Assembly: GCA_016748015.1 (NCBI GenBank)
Contig: JAAOMT010000723.1
Location: 1 to 64,000, forward strand
Direction: 5' to 3'
DNA: 64,000 bases
Origin: Geosiphon pyriformis uo1
Taxonomy: Eukaryota > Fungi > Glomeromycota
Positions 38,050-52,460 of the stretch are shown here, piece by piece. How positions within the stretch are numbered: the stretch's first letter is position 1; every line of letters starts with the position of its first letter. Under the pieces are notes generated by a model. That model did no database searches and was not told the DNA's origin. It worked only from the letters and a program-made list of their open reading frames with translations. The translations under genes were made by a program, and so were the position numbers.

Positions 38050-41000
38050 AAAAAAAAATACTAAAATTATAATATTAAAAATTATTTAATAAAAAACATC
38101 AAAAAAAACATAAATATAATTATAAAAATTAAAATTGTTTATTAAAAGAATATAAATACCAATATAAATTAATTACTAAGCCAAAAAACTTAATATTAAT
38201 TATTTATTACAATTACATTAAATTTTTGTTTATTATATAAAAAATTTTATTACAAAATCTTCAAAAAACTTTTTAAATATAATAATTATAAAAGTAAAAC
38301 ATCAAATTACAAAACCAATTAAACATATTCTAAGAAATTCAATCATAATATTTAATATTTTTTATAAGATATAATTTACAAAAAACAAAATATTAACTAA
38401 TAATAATTAACAAAAAATCAGATATAATATAAAAGAATTAGATAATATAAAAATTGCAAAACTAATTTTTTTAAAATTATTAAAAATAAAGCTATCTTAA
38501 ATTCAATTCAGTTTATTATTGCTATATATACAAATACTAAAGTTAATAATTAATGTATTAAATTTTATTCTTGATAATAAATTTACAAATAGTATTATTA
38601 CATAAAAATTTATAGATTAATTAAATTGCAAATTTATTTATATTATTACTGTATGGATTATTATTATTAATAGAGTCATAAAAACTTTAATTAATAAAAT
38701 TAATAATTTTTTATTTGAAGTTAATAGTGTTATTATATCTATTAAAGTTTTTATTATAAAAACTACTTAATATTAAATGCTATTATCAACATAAATTTGA
38801 ATTATTAATTAACATAAAATTATTTTTCTAATTTTTATTATTAAATATTCTATATTATTATTTTAAATTATTACTTATTATCTTTTAAATTATTTGAATT
38901 ATTATTTAATTAATAATTTTAATTTATAAAAAACACAAATATAATCAAATTGTAATAATTAGATTATGTAATATTTTAAATTATATAATATATAAAATCT
39001 GCTAAAATATTTAAAAATTTGACAAAATATTTAATACTTTACCGAAATAATTTATAGTTTGCAAAAATAACTTGTAGTTTAACAAAAAATATTTTTAGTT
39101 TGTTAAAATATTAGAAAAAAAAATGCTAGATAAAATTGTATTATAACAAATTGTATAAAAGAAGAACTTCTTTTTTTAAAAAAATATATCTTAATTAAAT
39201 TTAGTTTTATTTTAGAATATTTTGTCTTTATAACAAATTAATTCAATAAAAATTATTTTACAAACTAATTTTTTTATTATTACTATTTTAAAATTAACTA
39301 TCTTATATTAATATTTTAAATTAATTAGTTAACAATTTCAATAACTGTTAATAACTTTTAAATTTGAATTTAAAACAACTTTTTTGAACATATTTTTTAT
39401 TTCTTTTTTTTAGTAATTTTATTATTTTTATTATTATTTTTTATATTATTAAATAGTTTATAGTCGACATTTTCTGTAAAAAAGTTAAATTTTACTGCAA
39501 AGTAACTATACAAATAATTAATATAAAATTAATTATTCTATTATAAATTTAATAATATAAACAGTTTAAAGCATAAAACAATATTATTATGATTAAATTA
39601 ATAAATTAATGAATAGCAAAAGAAAACAATATTATATGATAATAAAATAATCAAAAAAATAATTCAATTTTAATAAGCAAATTAAATTATTAAGAATTTA
39701 ATATATAAAATTAGTCTTATAAATGTTTCAATCACTATTCTTTTTAAAAGATAACAAAAGAATCTAAGATAAAAAGATAGTCTGTACTGTTAACAAAAAA
39801 TAATACACTGATATAATTCTATGTTTTATATTAACACTTTTTAAATTTAATATCAAATATTAATTGTATTTTCAATAAATATTTATTTAATATATTTCAC
39901 AAAAATTAATAATTATATAAAAAAAAAATAGTAAAAAAAATAAAGAAGTTGATAATATTGTATTAATTTGCATAAATTTAAGTGTGAATTATTTTTTATG
40001 ACTTTTAAAATGTTTAAATTATATACAATAAAAAAAATTGATAATTATATTAGCAATTTTGTTAATGACTAAGTTAATAATTAAGACAATAATTAAGTTA
40101 ATAATCAAGTTAATAATTAAATTAATAATTTATTTTAAAAATAGGCTAACTAATTATATAATATTAATAATTAATACATATGATTAATTTAAGTAAATAA
40201 ATAAGAATTTTAAAAAATAAAAGTTTTCTTTATAATATTATTCTTTCTAAAAAGATTGGGCTTTGTCAAAATAAAATTATATAAAAAAATTTTTGATTTT
40301 TTACCTTAAAATTAATTAATTTGCTAAAATTTTTGGCTAAAAAAGTATAAAAAAGTTAAAACCATACAAAACTAAACTTTTGTATAAGTGTTTTAACTTT
40401 TTTTGCAATGGTTAAAACTTTTAGAATATTTAAATATATAATGTCCAAAATTTTTGTCTGGAATTTTAAAGTTGTTTTTTTTAATAGTTTCATATTTTTT
40501 ATAACTTTATTAAGTCTTTTATACTGTTTAAATTGTCTTTTATATAACAATCTTTTGTTTATAAGTAATAATTTATTTAGTTTTTTTTCAATTATATCAA
40601 AAAAAATAAATATTTTGGTAATTATATATTTATATATGTATTTTTCTAATTTATTGCTAATTTTCTGTTTTTTTGTAACAAGTTTTTGGAAATTAATAAC
40701 AAAATGTACTCCAATTTTATTTTTAATTATTATTTGTTTTTCAATTATAAACAAAGTATCTAAATAATTTTTTATCTAATAGTTATAAATAATAAAAAAA
40801 ACATTTTGAATATTTTAATAAAAGAAATATTTTTTCATATTAATTAAAAATATGTTTGTTTTGAAACTAAAATAACTTTTTTTATAACTTTTTTGGTGTT
40901 TTATTGTTAGTTATTTTGGGTATTACAATAACTAATAATTAATTAGTTTTTTTGTAATATTTTTTAATTTATGTATTATAAACAAACTAATCATTAAATA

Positions 41001-44000
41001 TTGTTTTATTTTGTCTTATAATATATAAAATTTGTTATTTAAAACTTTGTTAATTATAAATAAATTTTTTTATTGACTTGAAAATTTGTTACCAAAAATG
41101 TTGTCTTAATTTGATTTGTATTCAAAAACTAAGTTACTAATACTTAAAAAAAATAATTTATATGTTTTTTTTTCTTAAATCTTTTTTGAAAGATTTTTAT
41201 TTTTTTATGTACAATTATTAGTGCTTTTACCAAAGTATTTAGAATTATTCAAAATCTTTATTGTAAAATATTTTTATAACTAAATTTAATTATTTTTTTC
41301 AAAAATATTGTTTTAATATTTGTTTTAATAGATATATTGTTATATGGTTTTAAAGTAAATAAAAAGGTTTATAACTAATTATATTATGATTTACTATTTT
41401 ATAAACAAAAAAATTAAAGGTAATATTTTGTTTTATAAGTTTATTTTTTTTACTGATTTTTGTTAAAATTTTATAAAGTATTTAATTAAAATATTTTACT
41501 AATCTATTGGTTTGTATATAATAAAAAAGAGAGAGTTTGTAATGTATTCCAAGTTTTTTTAATAGTTTTTCTATTGGTAAGCTAAAAAAAGCTTTTTTTC
41601 TATTTAAAAGTAGTTCTTAAAATTATCTATGTTTATATATAATTTTTTTATAGATAAAATTAATAATTAAAATGGCTGTTTAATCTAATATAACTTTGAT
41701 TTTTACCTATAATTTTATTTTTTTGTGATAAAAAAATACCAAAAAAGACATTAAAAACATCAATATAAAAAATAAATAGTTTGTTAAAGTTAAGTTGTTT
41801 TAAGATTGATTCAATAGTTAGTTTTTTTTTAAAAGTTTTAAATATATTTTGTTAAAAAGTACTCCAATAATAATTGACATTTTTCTTTAAATAGATATGC
41901 TATTTTAAAAAAATTTTTAATGAACTTTTAATAGTATAAATTTAATTTCAAAAAAAATTGTAATTTTAAAATATTCATTAGTTGTCTAAGTTTTTGTACT
42001 TTTTTAACTTTAACTAAGTCTGGAAAAATTTTATTTTTTGTCACAAAATGTCCTAAAAACTAAGTAAACTGTTTTTTAAAAAATAATTTAATAAGATTAA
42101 TTTTGAGTTTAGTATTTCTTAAAAAGTCAAAAACTTTTTAAAGATGTTTTAGATACTTATTTCATGTTTTTAAATATATGATTATATTATTTAAATATAC
42201 AAAAACAAACTTTTAATGTTTTGATTCAAATACTTTATTCATTAATTTTTAAAATATAAGTAGACATTTGTTAATCTGAAAACCATTATTGTAAACTTAT
42301 AAGTTCTATACTTTGTAATAAATACAGTTTTTTTTCTACTGACAAAATTTATTTTTACTTGCCAAAATTCAGCAGTTAAATTGATTGTTGTAAAATATAC
42401 TAAGCTTTCAAATTGATTAAGAATATTATTAACTTTAGAAAAAAAATACATATTTTTTTTAATATTTGTATTTAATTGTCAGTAATCTATACAGAATTAT
42501 AAAGATTCACTTTTTTAGATATTATTATAACAAAAAATGCCTATTTACTCTTTAGTTTTTTGTATAAATCTAAGATTTTCTATCTTGTCTATTTTTTTGA
42601 TAAATCCATTATTTTACTAATTTAATTGATAGAATTTCAAATAGATTGGTCGAATATTTTTGGTTTTAATTACATATTAAATAAAATTTGTTTAGCTAAA
42701 ATTTTTTTTTATATTACTGTTTTATTTCTTGTCAACAGATTTTTAATATCAATTTTTCGGTCATTTTTACTAAATTTTTTTAATTTAATTACTAAAAATT
42801 AGATTTCAGGTACTTTTTTCTTAAATAATTTTTTTACAACTTTAATTTCTTCATTTAAAATCAAACTAATTGGTTTTTAATCTTTAAAAAAGAATAAACA
42901 AAACTTGTATTTATTACTTAAAAAGTAAAAAAGATAATTGCACTAGTATTAAGCATATAAGTTATGCTATTAATAGTTTTATTTTGCTTTTTTTTCAGAT
43001 TGTTGTCTGAATATTTTTTTGAACATAATATAGCCAATAAATAATTTTTTGTTGTTGACATATATATTATCCAAAGAATTATTATTATTATTAAAAATAA
43101 TAAAAGCTAATTCGATTTTTTTATTTTTTTTTTATCTTCTTTTTTCTTAAAGTTTTCAAAATTATCAGAGTTATCATTTTTACTGTTTTGTTATTATTGT
43201 TAGATTACAGCAAAAAAATAGTTCAATAATAATATTTGACTACAACTGATTAGAACTTATTTCGAATTGTAAGTTCACAAAGTTTATAATCAAGAAAAGC
43301 TTTTGCTTTTTTTAATTATTTGTTTTCAATGATTATAGTATAATTTTTTGTTTTTAATACTTCTATATTAGTTTCAATACAAATTTTATAAATTTAAATT
43401 GAGACAGTTTTAATAATTCTTAGACTTTTCTTCTTGTTTTTATAAATTTTAGTTATAAGTCAAGTTAATAATTTATTAATTTTTCTTCTTATTGTATCTA
43501 AAAAATGTTAAATTATAATATTAACTAATAAACTATTATCTAATATTAAGTTTATATAATAACTAGCAACTTGAACTTTACAAATAAGAAGAATAATAAT
43601 ATTATTAAAAACTAATGTTGTTTATTAAAAGTATTTATTAGTTTTAAATTGTTTTTTTTGAGTATCAAAAATTTTCTAAGGTTTTTTTAAAACTAAAAAT
43701 GTGTTATAAACTAACCAAAAATAATATGAGCAAGTATTGTTATTAAATTTTTTACAATTAAATACGAATCTAATTTTTAAATGATTTTTACTAGTTCTAA
43801 TTTTAGCAGGTTTTTGAATATTTTTATTTTTAAAACTTTATCTTTGTTGTTGAATATTAAAGTAGTAACATTAAAATCTAAGTCAAATTCTATTTTTAGT
43901 TTTTTAAATCTAATGTGGCTTAATAACTTGTTATTATTTTTTTATATTTTTGTTTTATTATTTATTAAATTAAAATTAAATAAAAGATTTTTTCTTCTTA

Positions 44001-46720
44001 GTCTGTACTTTTATCTTTGAAAAATGTATTTACTAGTTTAAAAATTAATATGTAGTTGCTTTCATTAAAAAATTTTTTTTAAAAAAATTTATATAAGCTT
44101 GATTTGTATTTGAATTAAAATTTTGATTATTTTTAGTTTTATTATTTGGCCAATTATTATTTTTTAAAACTAAAAGAAACATTAAAAGATTATTATAATT
44201 TTATGCCATATAACTAATATTTTTATATTAGTAATAAACAAAGAAATCTTGTTTTTCAGATGTTGGATTATATTAAAACTGTTGTAACTAATTATAATAA
44301 GACTAATATTAGAGTTTCTGAGATCTTTAATTTTCTTAAACTGTTCTAATTAATAGTTTTAAAAGCTGGACAAAATTTTTTATTAATTTATTTATTAATT
44401 GTTTACTTGAATCTTAAACATAAATAATTAAATAATACAGAATTCAATTGAGAAAAAAAAACAAAGATAGAAACAGCTATTAAAGAATAAATTATGTTTT
44501 CTAAGTATATTGTTAAATGTTTTCAATTTTTTGTGTTATTTTTATTGTTAAATTTAAGATAGAATTATTTTTAATGGCAAAAAAAAACTATATAATATAG
44601 AATAAGTTTGTTCTTAATTTTTTTATCTAATTTTTTGCTAAGTTAACCTATTTTATTAATTTTTTAATTGCTTTAACATATTTAATAACACTTTTTTGAA
44701 GTTTTGTACTCTTTTTTCCAATTTCATTTTTTATTTAGATATCAATATTGCAGTACAAAACTTTTTTTCAAATTTGGTAATAAATAAAATTGTATTTTAT
44801 TAAATATTCTTAAATAATTATTAAATTATTTGTTTTTTAAATAAATTATATAACAAAAAATCTTTGAAGATATTTTTTCACTATTTGAAACTTATATTTA
44901 TTATCATATTGGTTTGCTATGACAGTTTTTTTAAAGTTTTAAACTAATTTATAAAGTTTTGAAAATCTTTTTTGAACAAAGATAAAAAACTTATGTTTTT
45001 TTAACTTAATACAGTTTGAATATCTTAAAGGACTAATAAAATATTTGTTCTATTTTGTGTTATAATTGAAGTAGATATTCGGAATAAAGAGTCTAATCAT
45101 TTAAAAAAAATTCAAAAACAAATACTGTTTAATTATTTTTTTTATTTTCAGTTTTTAAGAGAATTTCGAATTGTTGATAAGTATTTATCTAAATATAAAT
45201 TTGTTAATTTAAGATTTTGAATTCAAGAAAAAGTTGATTAAAGATAACTAAAAATAATAATTGGTTAATATAATTATCTTAAATTTTAAAATTTTCTTTA
45301 AGATATACTTAATTAAAGAAATAAACAATATATGTTGAGTAGATTTTGGCTAAATATTCAATTAAAAACCAATTCCAAAAATTTTAAAATTCTTAACTAA
45401 ACTGTTTTTTAACTAAAAAACAAATAAGACAAAATAAAAAAAAGATTAAGTTTAATATAAGTTAGATTGTTTTGATTATATATTATAAAATAATTTTAAA
45501 TTTCTATTATTAAAAAAAAGTAATTGCTTATACAATAATAAATAATTCAAAAATTTGACATCTTACAGAGAACACTATTTTTATGTTATGGTTAGATTAA
45601 AAAGCTAATAGATAATAAGAAAAAACAGTATTATATGGTAATAAAATAATCAAAAAAGTAATTCAACTTTAATAAGTGAATTAAATTAATAAAAATTTAA
45701 TATGTAAAATTAGTTTTATAAATATTTAAGATATTATTCTTTTGAAAAAGTAACAATAAAATCTAAAATAAAGAAATAGTTTATATTGTTAACAAAAAAT
45801 AATACACTAATATAATTCTATGTTTTATATTGACACTCTTAAAATTTAATATCAAATATTAATTATAATTTTCAATAAATATTTATTCAATATACTTTAC
45901 AAAAATTAACAATTATACAAATCAAAAAAAAAAAATTAGTAAAAAAAAGAAAAGAATTAAGAATTTGAATATAAATTATTCATCTATAACTTTTAAAATA
46001 TTTCAATTATATACATAAAAAAAAATTAATAATTACATCAATAATTTAATTAATAACAAAATTAATAATTAAGTTAATGATTAAATTAATTAATAAATAA
46101 ATAATTAAATCAATAATTAAGTTAATGATTAAATTAATAATTAAATAAATAATTAAATCAATAATTTAGTTAATAATTTATTCTAAAAATAGATTAATTA
46201 ATTATATAATATTAGTAATTAATACATATAGTTAATTTAAGTAAATAAATAAAAATTTTAAAAAATAAAAGTTTTGTTTGTAACAATATTTTGAAAATAA
46301 AACAAAATTAATAGCAAAATACTATTAATAATATTAAGAAAAAAGTAGAAAAATTTTTAATAATCATGTTTATAAGTAATAATTAGCTATTTAAGACTAA
46401 TACTATACTCAATTAAAATATTTAAAAGTTTTTATTAAGCTATTAAAAATATTATTTACAAATATTAATAGTATGTAAATATTTTAAAACAATTAGCAAA
46501 GCATTACTTATTAACTTAAAAAAAAAAGAAATAAAATTTATCTTAAAAACTTACTGGATTTTTTGAATTAATAATCTTAAACTGAATTGTTAACTGTACT
46601 AATTTTAAAAAAAAAAGCAGAAAAATTACAAACTTTTATTTCTATTTATATACTGTTTTACTAAAAAAAACAATACAGTAATTGTTTAATAATTTTATAG
46701 TACACCAAAAAATTTATACT
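38050..46720 (+). mobile_element. Outer Gypsy-type relic (gag-protease) split by a nested insertion at 38782-46365
   Basis: Protease-like KFILDNKFTNSIIT...KTLINKINNFLFEVNSVIISIKVFIIKTT*Y*M (38560-38781) resumes as ISNN*LFKTNTILN*NI*KFLLSY at about 46370. ATGCT/ATGTT at the two junctions is a candidate target duplication. Confidence 0.7.
39585..46285 (-). mobile_element. Gypsy LTR retrotransposon with two LTRs, decayed
   Basis: Direct repeats 39585-40237 and 45584-46285 (the latter TGTTA...TAACA). RT relic 42242-42451 (YFTTINLTAEFWQV...KTVFITKYRTYKFTIMVFRLTN), RNase H start at about 41800, integrase at about 41250-41700 (KLGIHYKLS..YYIQTNRLVKYFN). Order gag-pro-RT-RH-INT. Confidence 0.88.
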
Positions 46721-46949
46721 ATTGATAATCAAAACTTGTTTGTATTAACTATAAAAAAAACTTTTATTAATAAGCTTTTATTGTAAAAACTACAAAAAAT
46801 ATCTTATATTAATTAAATATTATTATTGTTTTTACTATTATTAAAGATTTTTTTATTCTTTTTTAATATTATTAATATTGTTTATTGTTAATTTTATTGT
46901 TAATAAAAACTGATAAATCTCTAATAAGCTAATTTTTTTTAAAATATTG

Positions 46950-48460
46950 TTATGATTAAATCTCATAATTTTTATTAGTTATTACATATATTAGCCATTT
47001 TATTTTTAAATAGTAATCAATAATTTAATTATTAATTTAATTATTAATCTAATTAATAACCTGATTGTTAACTTAATTATTGACTTGATTATTAACCTGA
47101 TTAATAATCTGATTATTGACTTAATCAATGACTTAATTGTTAACTATTTTTAATAGCTATATAAGTAATAAGTCTTTTAGCTATAGAAAAACATGATCAA
47201 AGTAACAAAATTAAACTTATTATTAATTGCTTTCTTTCATATTGCTTATTTTTTTTTCTATCTTTAAGTATCTGAATATCTTAAAATAAAAAATTACTTA
47301 TTGATATTTACATATTTTATTTTTTCTTTTTTTTGATTTGTATTGTTAGAATTAGTCTGAAAAGTAATTGTTTGTTTTTATAATTTATTGAATAAAAAAA
47401 CAATTGAAAAGCACAATAATATCTGTTATTAATTTTAAGAATTGTTAAGTTGAAACATAAAATAATAATAGGAGTATTATCTTATTAACAATTACAGACT
47501 ATTTTTCTATCTTTAAATTTCCAAAAAAAATTTACAACTGTGATTTTTATTTATTTAATTTGCTTTTTTATTGTAATTTTTTTTTTGATTAATTTTATCA
47601 CTCTATAATCTTGTTTTCTTCTGCTATCTGTTAGCTTATTACTCCAATTTATAATAGTATTTTTCTATACTTTGAATTATGTTTGCTGTTAAACTTATAA
47701 TAGAATATCTAATTCTATATTAATTATATAATATAATTATTTTGTAATAAAAATTAATTTTTTTAGAAAAAATTTTGTTTAAAAGCTTTCTAATTAATAT
47801 GTAGTTATTTTTTTATAAAATTCAATTTTTGTACAGAAAGTCTTGACTATAGATTATTTAATAATATAAAAAAATATAAAAAAATAAACTAAAAAAAAAT
47901 AAAAAATATGTTTAAAAAAATTGTTTTGAATTTAAGTTTGAAAGTTACTAACAATTGCTGAAATTGGTAGTTAATTAATTTCAAAATACTAATTTAAAAT
48001 AAGTAATTTCAAAGTAATAATAATTAAAAATTTGATTAATTCTAGGTAAAATATCTAGTAAAAATTTTTTTTTTAAAGAAAAAAGCTTTTTTTTTATATA
48101 ATTTGTTATAATATTATTTTATGATTTAATATATTTTTTTCTATTATTTAAGTAAATTAAAGATATATTTTATTAAACTACAAATTATTTCTGTAAATTA
48201 TAAATTATTTTAAAATACATTATCAAATTTTTAAATATTTTAGTGAATTTTAAATGTTATATAGTTTTATATATTACATAATCTAATTATTATAAGTTAA
48301 TTATATTTGTGTTCTGTATAAATTAAGTTATTAATTAAATAATAATTCAGATAATTTAATAAGCTATTAAATAGTAATTTGAAATGATAATATATGTTAA
48401 TTAATAATAAAAATTATAAATATAATTTTATGCTAAATAATAACTTAAATTTTTGCTAAT
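46950..48460 (+). mobile_element. Related LTR plus adjacent internal sequence, inverted relative to 38790-40237
   Basis: Reverse complement of 47580-47650 aligns with 39595-39660, and 47660-48460 aligns with 38790-39580. Confidence 0.7.
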
Positions 48461-49399
48461 AATATAATCTTTTCTTTAAAACTAAGTTTTATTAAAATTC
48501 AAATATTGTTTGTAATTTTCAGATAGTAATCTAAGATTATTAAAAAAATTTGGTTTAAAAATTCCTGAAATTTCAGTTTTATAAGCTTTTTAACATATTA
48601 AATCTTTAAAAGTTGTAAAATTCGGTTTTGTAGAATGTTTTTACAAATATGAAATAAATTATAAAGTTTAAAAGTTGTTCTAAGTTTGTAATAAATGTTT
48701 ATTGGTCTAGCTATTGCTTAAATTTATTGTAAATTTGTTTTTAAATAGCTTTAAGTATAAAATTTGTTTTTTTGAGCTTTAGTTTTTTTTGGTAAAATGT
48801 TTTTTCAATATAAAAATATTTATAAATTGAAGGGTATTTATTATTTTGTTTATTAAAACACTATTAAAATTTTTGTTAAATTGTAGCATTTGGTAAAATA
48901 TCAATAGAAACAAATAATAAATACTTTTTTAAGGCTTGTTTTAAGAGTTCTAATAAGTAAATTCCAAAATAATTTCTTTTGTTTTTTCTATAAAGATAAT
49001 AATTTTATGTATTTTTTACTAAAGTTATAGCAAATTCTGTCTAAATATAATTAATATGTTTTCTAATAATAGTTATAAATAATTTAAGTAGTGTTTTTAA
49101 AACTAATATTAATTTTAAAAATAATTATTATAAAAACTAATAGAAAAAAATGTGAAAAAATGAAATTATTTTTGATATAAAAATTTTATATTATTTTGCT
49201 CTAATTTTCGTGTAATTTTTAATTATTTTGGTGAAATTATTTTTTTTAATTATAAAAAATAAATAAAACTAATTTGAAATATTAAATTTTCAGATTTGAA
49301 AATTGTTTAATAACAACTATTGGTTCTAAGTTTTAGAGAATATTTTTTAAGTTAACCAAGAAAAATTGTTTACTAATTTGTGAAATTAAAAATTCGAAA

Positions 49400-50750
49400 T
49401 TAATTTTGGAATAATAATATTTAAATCTGTTATTATGTACAACTTTTTTTAAAATTTTATCATCAAGTTTTAACTTATATAATCTATTTCTAAAATTTTG
49501 TATATGTAAAATAATATATTCTATTTATAATCAAATTTTCTACTTTATTGTTTTTTAGCTTTAATTTTGTATAAGAAAACTTTATTTTTAATTTTAAATT
49601 TATTAAAAGCAAATAATAATTTATTGTTATGTTATTTTTTTTGTTAAGTTTAAAAATATTCTATATAAATAGTTGCAGTTTGTTATTTTTTTTCCTGTGT
49701 ACTAAAAAGTATATAAACTTTTGTAATCAGCTAAACTAAATAGATTTTTATTGTAAAATTAATTGGTAATATTGCTGTTCTTTTATAAGTCAAATTAAAT
49801 AATATGTGTTTTGTTATATTTTGGTTTAGTGTTTTATAGACTAATAATACTAATGAAATAAAAATATTTAATTTTTGCTTAAAATCGGTTGAGATTTTTT
49901 CTAATAATTTAAAAATATTTGGTTAAAATATTCTATAAGTTCATTTGTTTATAAATAATAAAACAAAGATAAAAGTCTCTTAACATTAAATTGTTTAAAA
50001 AATTTTTGTATCATATTGTTTAAAAAATTTGTTTCTTAATTAAATAGAAGTTTAATTAGACATTTATGTTTATAAATAATGTTTTTATAAATAAAATTTG
50101 CTACTGATTTTGTATCTGCTTGTTGAATTGTTTTTGTTTTTGGTTATTTTATAAAATAATCTACTACAACTATAATATATTGTTTTTTTTTGAATTGTAA
50201 TAAGTAGTAGTCTGATTAAATTAATACTAATTCAATTAAAAAATTGTCTAATTTTAATTGAATTTAAGAGTTTCATAAGTTATATTATTTTTTTCTTTGA
50301 TAACTATTATAAAACTTGATATAATAGTAAATATCTTTTCTTATTCTTGGTCAAAAATAGTATTTTAGTATTTTTTAAGTTGTACTATCTTTTCCGAAGT
50401 GTGCTAATAAAAAATATGAATACATATTATATAAATTGTTTTTTTTTCATATTTTTGAATTATTCTGAGTAAATTGTTTAAGTTTTTATAATTTTAATAG
50501 TAAATAATATTATTGTATATAAAATATTGTTTTGCTTAATATTTTAATCAATTTTTTTTATTTAAAAACCAAGTTTCTAGTATTTTAAGTATTTCTAAGT
50601 ATTGTTTAAGATTGTTATAATTTTTTGGTTTTATTGTTTATTATTAAATTTAATTTGTTTTTGAAATTCTAATTTTGTCTTATTCTAAAAAGACATTAAT
50701 GTTTGTATGTAGTTTTCTTAATTTATAATATATAATGTATTAATAGTTTG
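49400..50750 (-). mobile_element. Gypsy integrase relic
   Basis: MYSYFLLAHFGKDSTT...YYF*PRIRKDIYYYIKFYNSYQR (zinc-binding region) and KTIQQADTKSVANFIYKNIIYKHKCLIK (core). Confidence 0.8.
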
Positions 50751-51029
50751 CTAAAAATCCGATCTATTGGTTACTAATATATCTAAACATATTAAAAAAT
50801 ATATTAAAAAAGAGGGTAAACTAACTAGTTAATAAGTAATAAATAAAATAAAAGTTATTAAAAAAATAATAAAGTGTCTTATAATTTTTTTCTGCCAAGT
50901 ATACCAGCCAAAATCACAAAAACATCAGAATTTCAAATTACAATAACACCAAAAACTATGTAAAAATTTCAGCAAATATTATTATTAAATGCTTGAATTC
51001 AAAAATTAAAAACCAACTATTCACATATG

Positions 51030-52175
51030 TTTCAGTTTAAACTGTACTAAATTAAATTTTGAATACTATTTAAATTCAGTTTAAATTATGAACTAAACAT
51101 AAACCAAACCAAATTTTTAAAATAAGCTCAATTTGAATTCAAAGTTAAACTTTTTGACAAGTTTGAATTCAGTTTAGGTCTGGTTTAAAGTTTATAAACT
51201 TGTTTGAATTTAATAGAATTAAAAAATAACATATTTTGTATTATTTGTTCATTAATTATTACTTTGTTTAATTATTATAATTAGTTAAAAAGATATATAA
51301 AATTATATATGTATAGCAACTCTATTTTTCAACTTAAAAAAATAAATTTATTGTGTGCATTATTTAAATAATAAAATTTAATAATCTAAATAATTTAAAT
51401 ATTTTTAAAATAAGATATAAGACTATTTTAATAAGTTAGAATAAACAAAAAAAACAGTTAAATATACAGTCTTAAATATGTACATAAACTATTTTCTTAT
51501 AAAACTATAAATATTACCAAATCTTTATAATACTATTTAGAAGCTTTTTACTAAACAGTATATATTACAATAGAAAAATATTATAAAAAAAGAAAAAATG
51601 GTTAAAAAGATTGTAAATTAATTAAAAAAATGGTTTGATAAGTAAAATTGCTATTTTTTTGGCCAATTTAACTAAAAAACTGCTTTAATCTTCTGTAATA
51701 ATTGATATTAACATTAATAATAAAAAATTTTATGATATAATTATTATTTGGCTTATTAATTATTAACAAAAACTTGTTATAATAAAAAATTTTGAATTAA
51801 TTAAAATGTTTTAATATTTGAGCATTACTTTACAACTTGTTTGTATTAATACAATTAAAAATAAAGTTATAAAATTCTATATTTTAGATAAACAAAAATT
51901 AAAAGTAAGTACTATTATAAAATATTCTTTTTATTTTACTTATATTTATAATATAACAGGCATATTTAAATACTATTAAGTCCAAAATTTTTTTTATATT
52001 AAATCTTTGAACATTTTCTAAAAACAAAGCTTTTGTTTTTATCACCACTTATTATATTAATAACAATTAGAATTTTCAATAAACAATAATTGATTTTGGT
52101 TTAATAAGTAGATGACATAATAAAATAAATATTATAAACAGATTTTTTAAAGTATTAAAAGATTATAGAATTATA
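51030..52175 (+). mobile_element. hAT transposon relic
   Basis: Decayed subterminal aaccaaacc/ggttt-type repeats at 51030-51210. FITTYYINNN*NFQ*TIIDFGLISR*HNKINIINRFFKVLKDYRI at about 52040-52170. Confidence 0.65.
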
Positions 52176-52236
52176 TCAAAGATAAATTTGGGTTAGTTGA
52201 TGGCCAATAATAAGATTAGCATATTAAGCAGCAAAT

Positions 52237-52460
52237 AAGTATTATCTAAAGCTCAAAGATATTATAGTGCTCATATTATTAAAAATTGTATTTTCTTAAT
52301 GTTGGTTTAAATTGGTTTTCATTATTGCTTCAGAGCCGAATTTTCAGCATTAGCATTATCTGAAGCTCAGAGTTATCACAGTATTTATATCATTAAATAT
52401 TGTATTTTCTCAATATTAGCTTAAGTGGTTTTCATTATTGGTTCAAACTAAATTTTTAGC
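52237..52460. repeat. Two-copy tandem repeat, about 116-bp unit
   Basis: attatct(a/g)aagctca...attgtattttct...tggttttcattattg occurs twice. Confidence 0.8.

Noticed and set aside
40356-40767. Overlapping 119-132 aa ORFs
   Set aside because: K/I/N/F-rich products of eroded Gypsy internal DNA, not independent genes.
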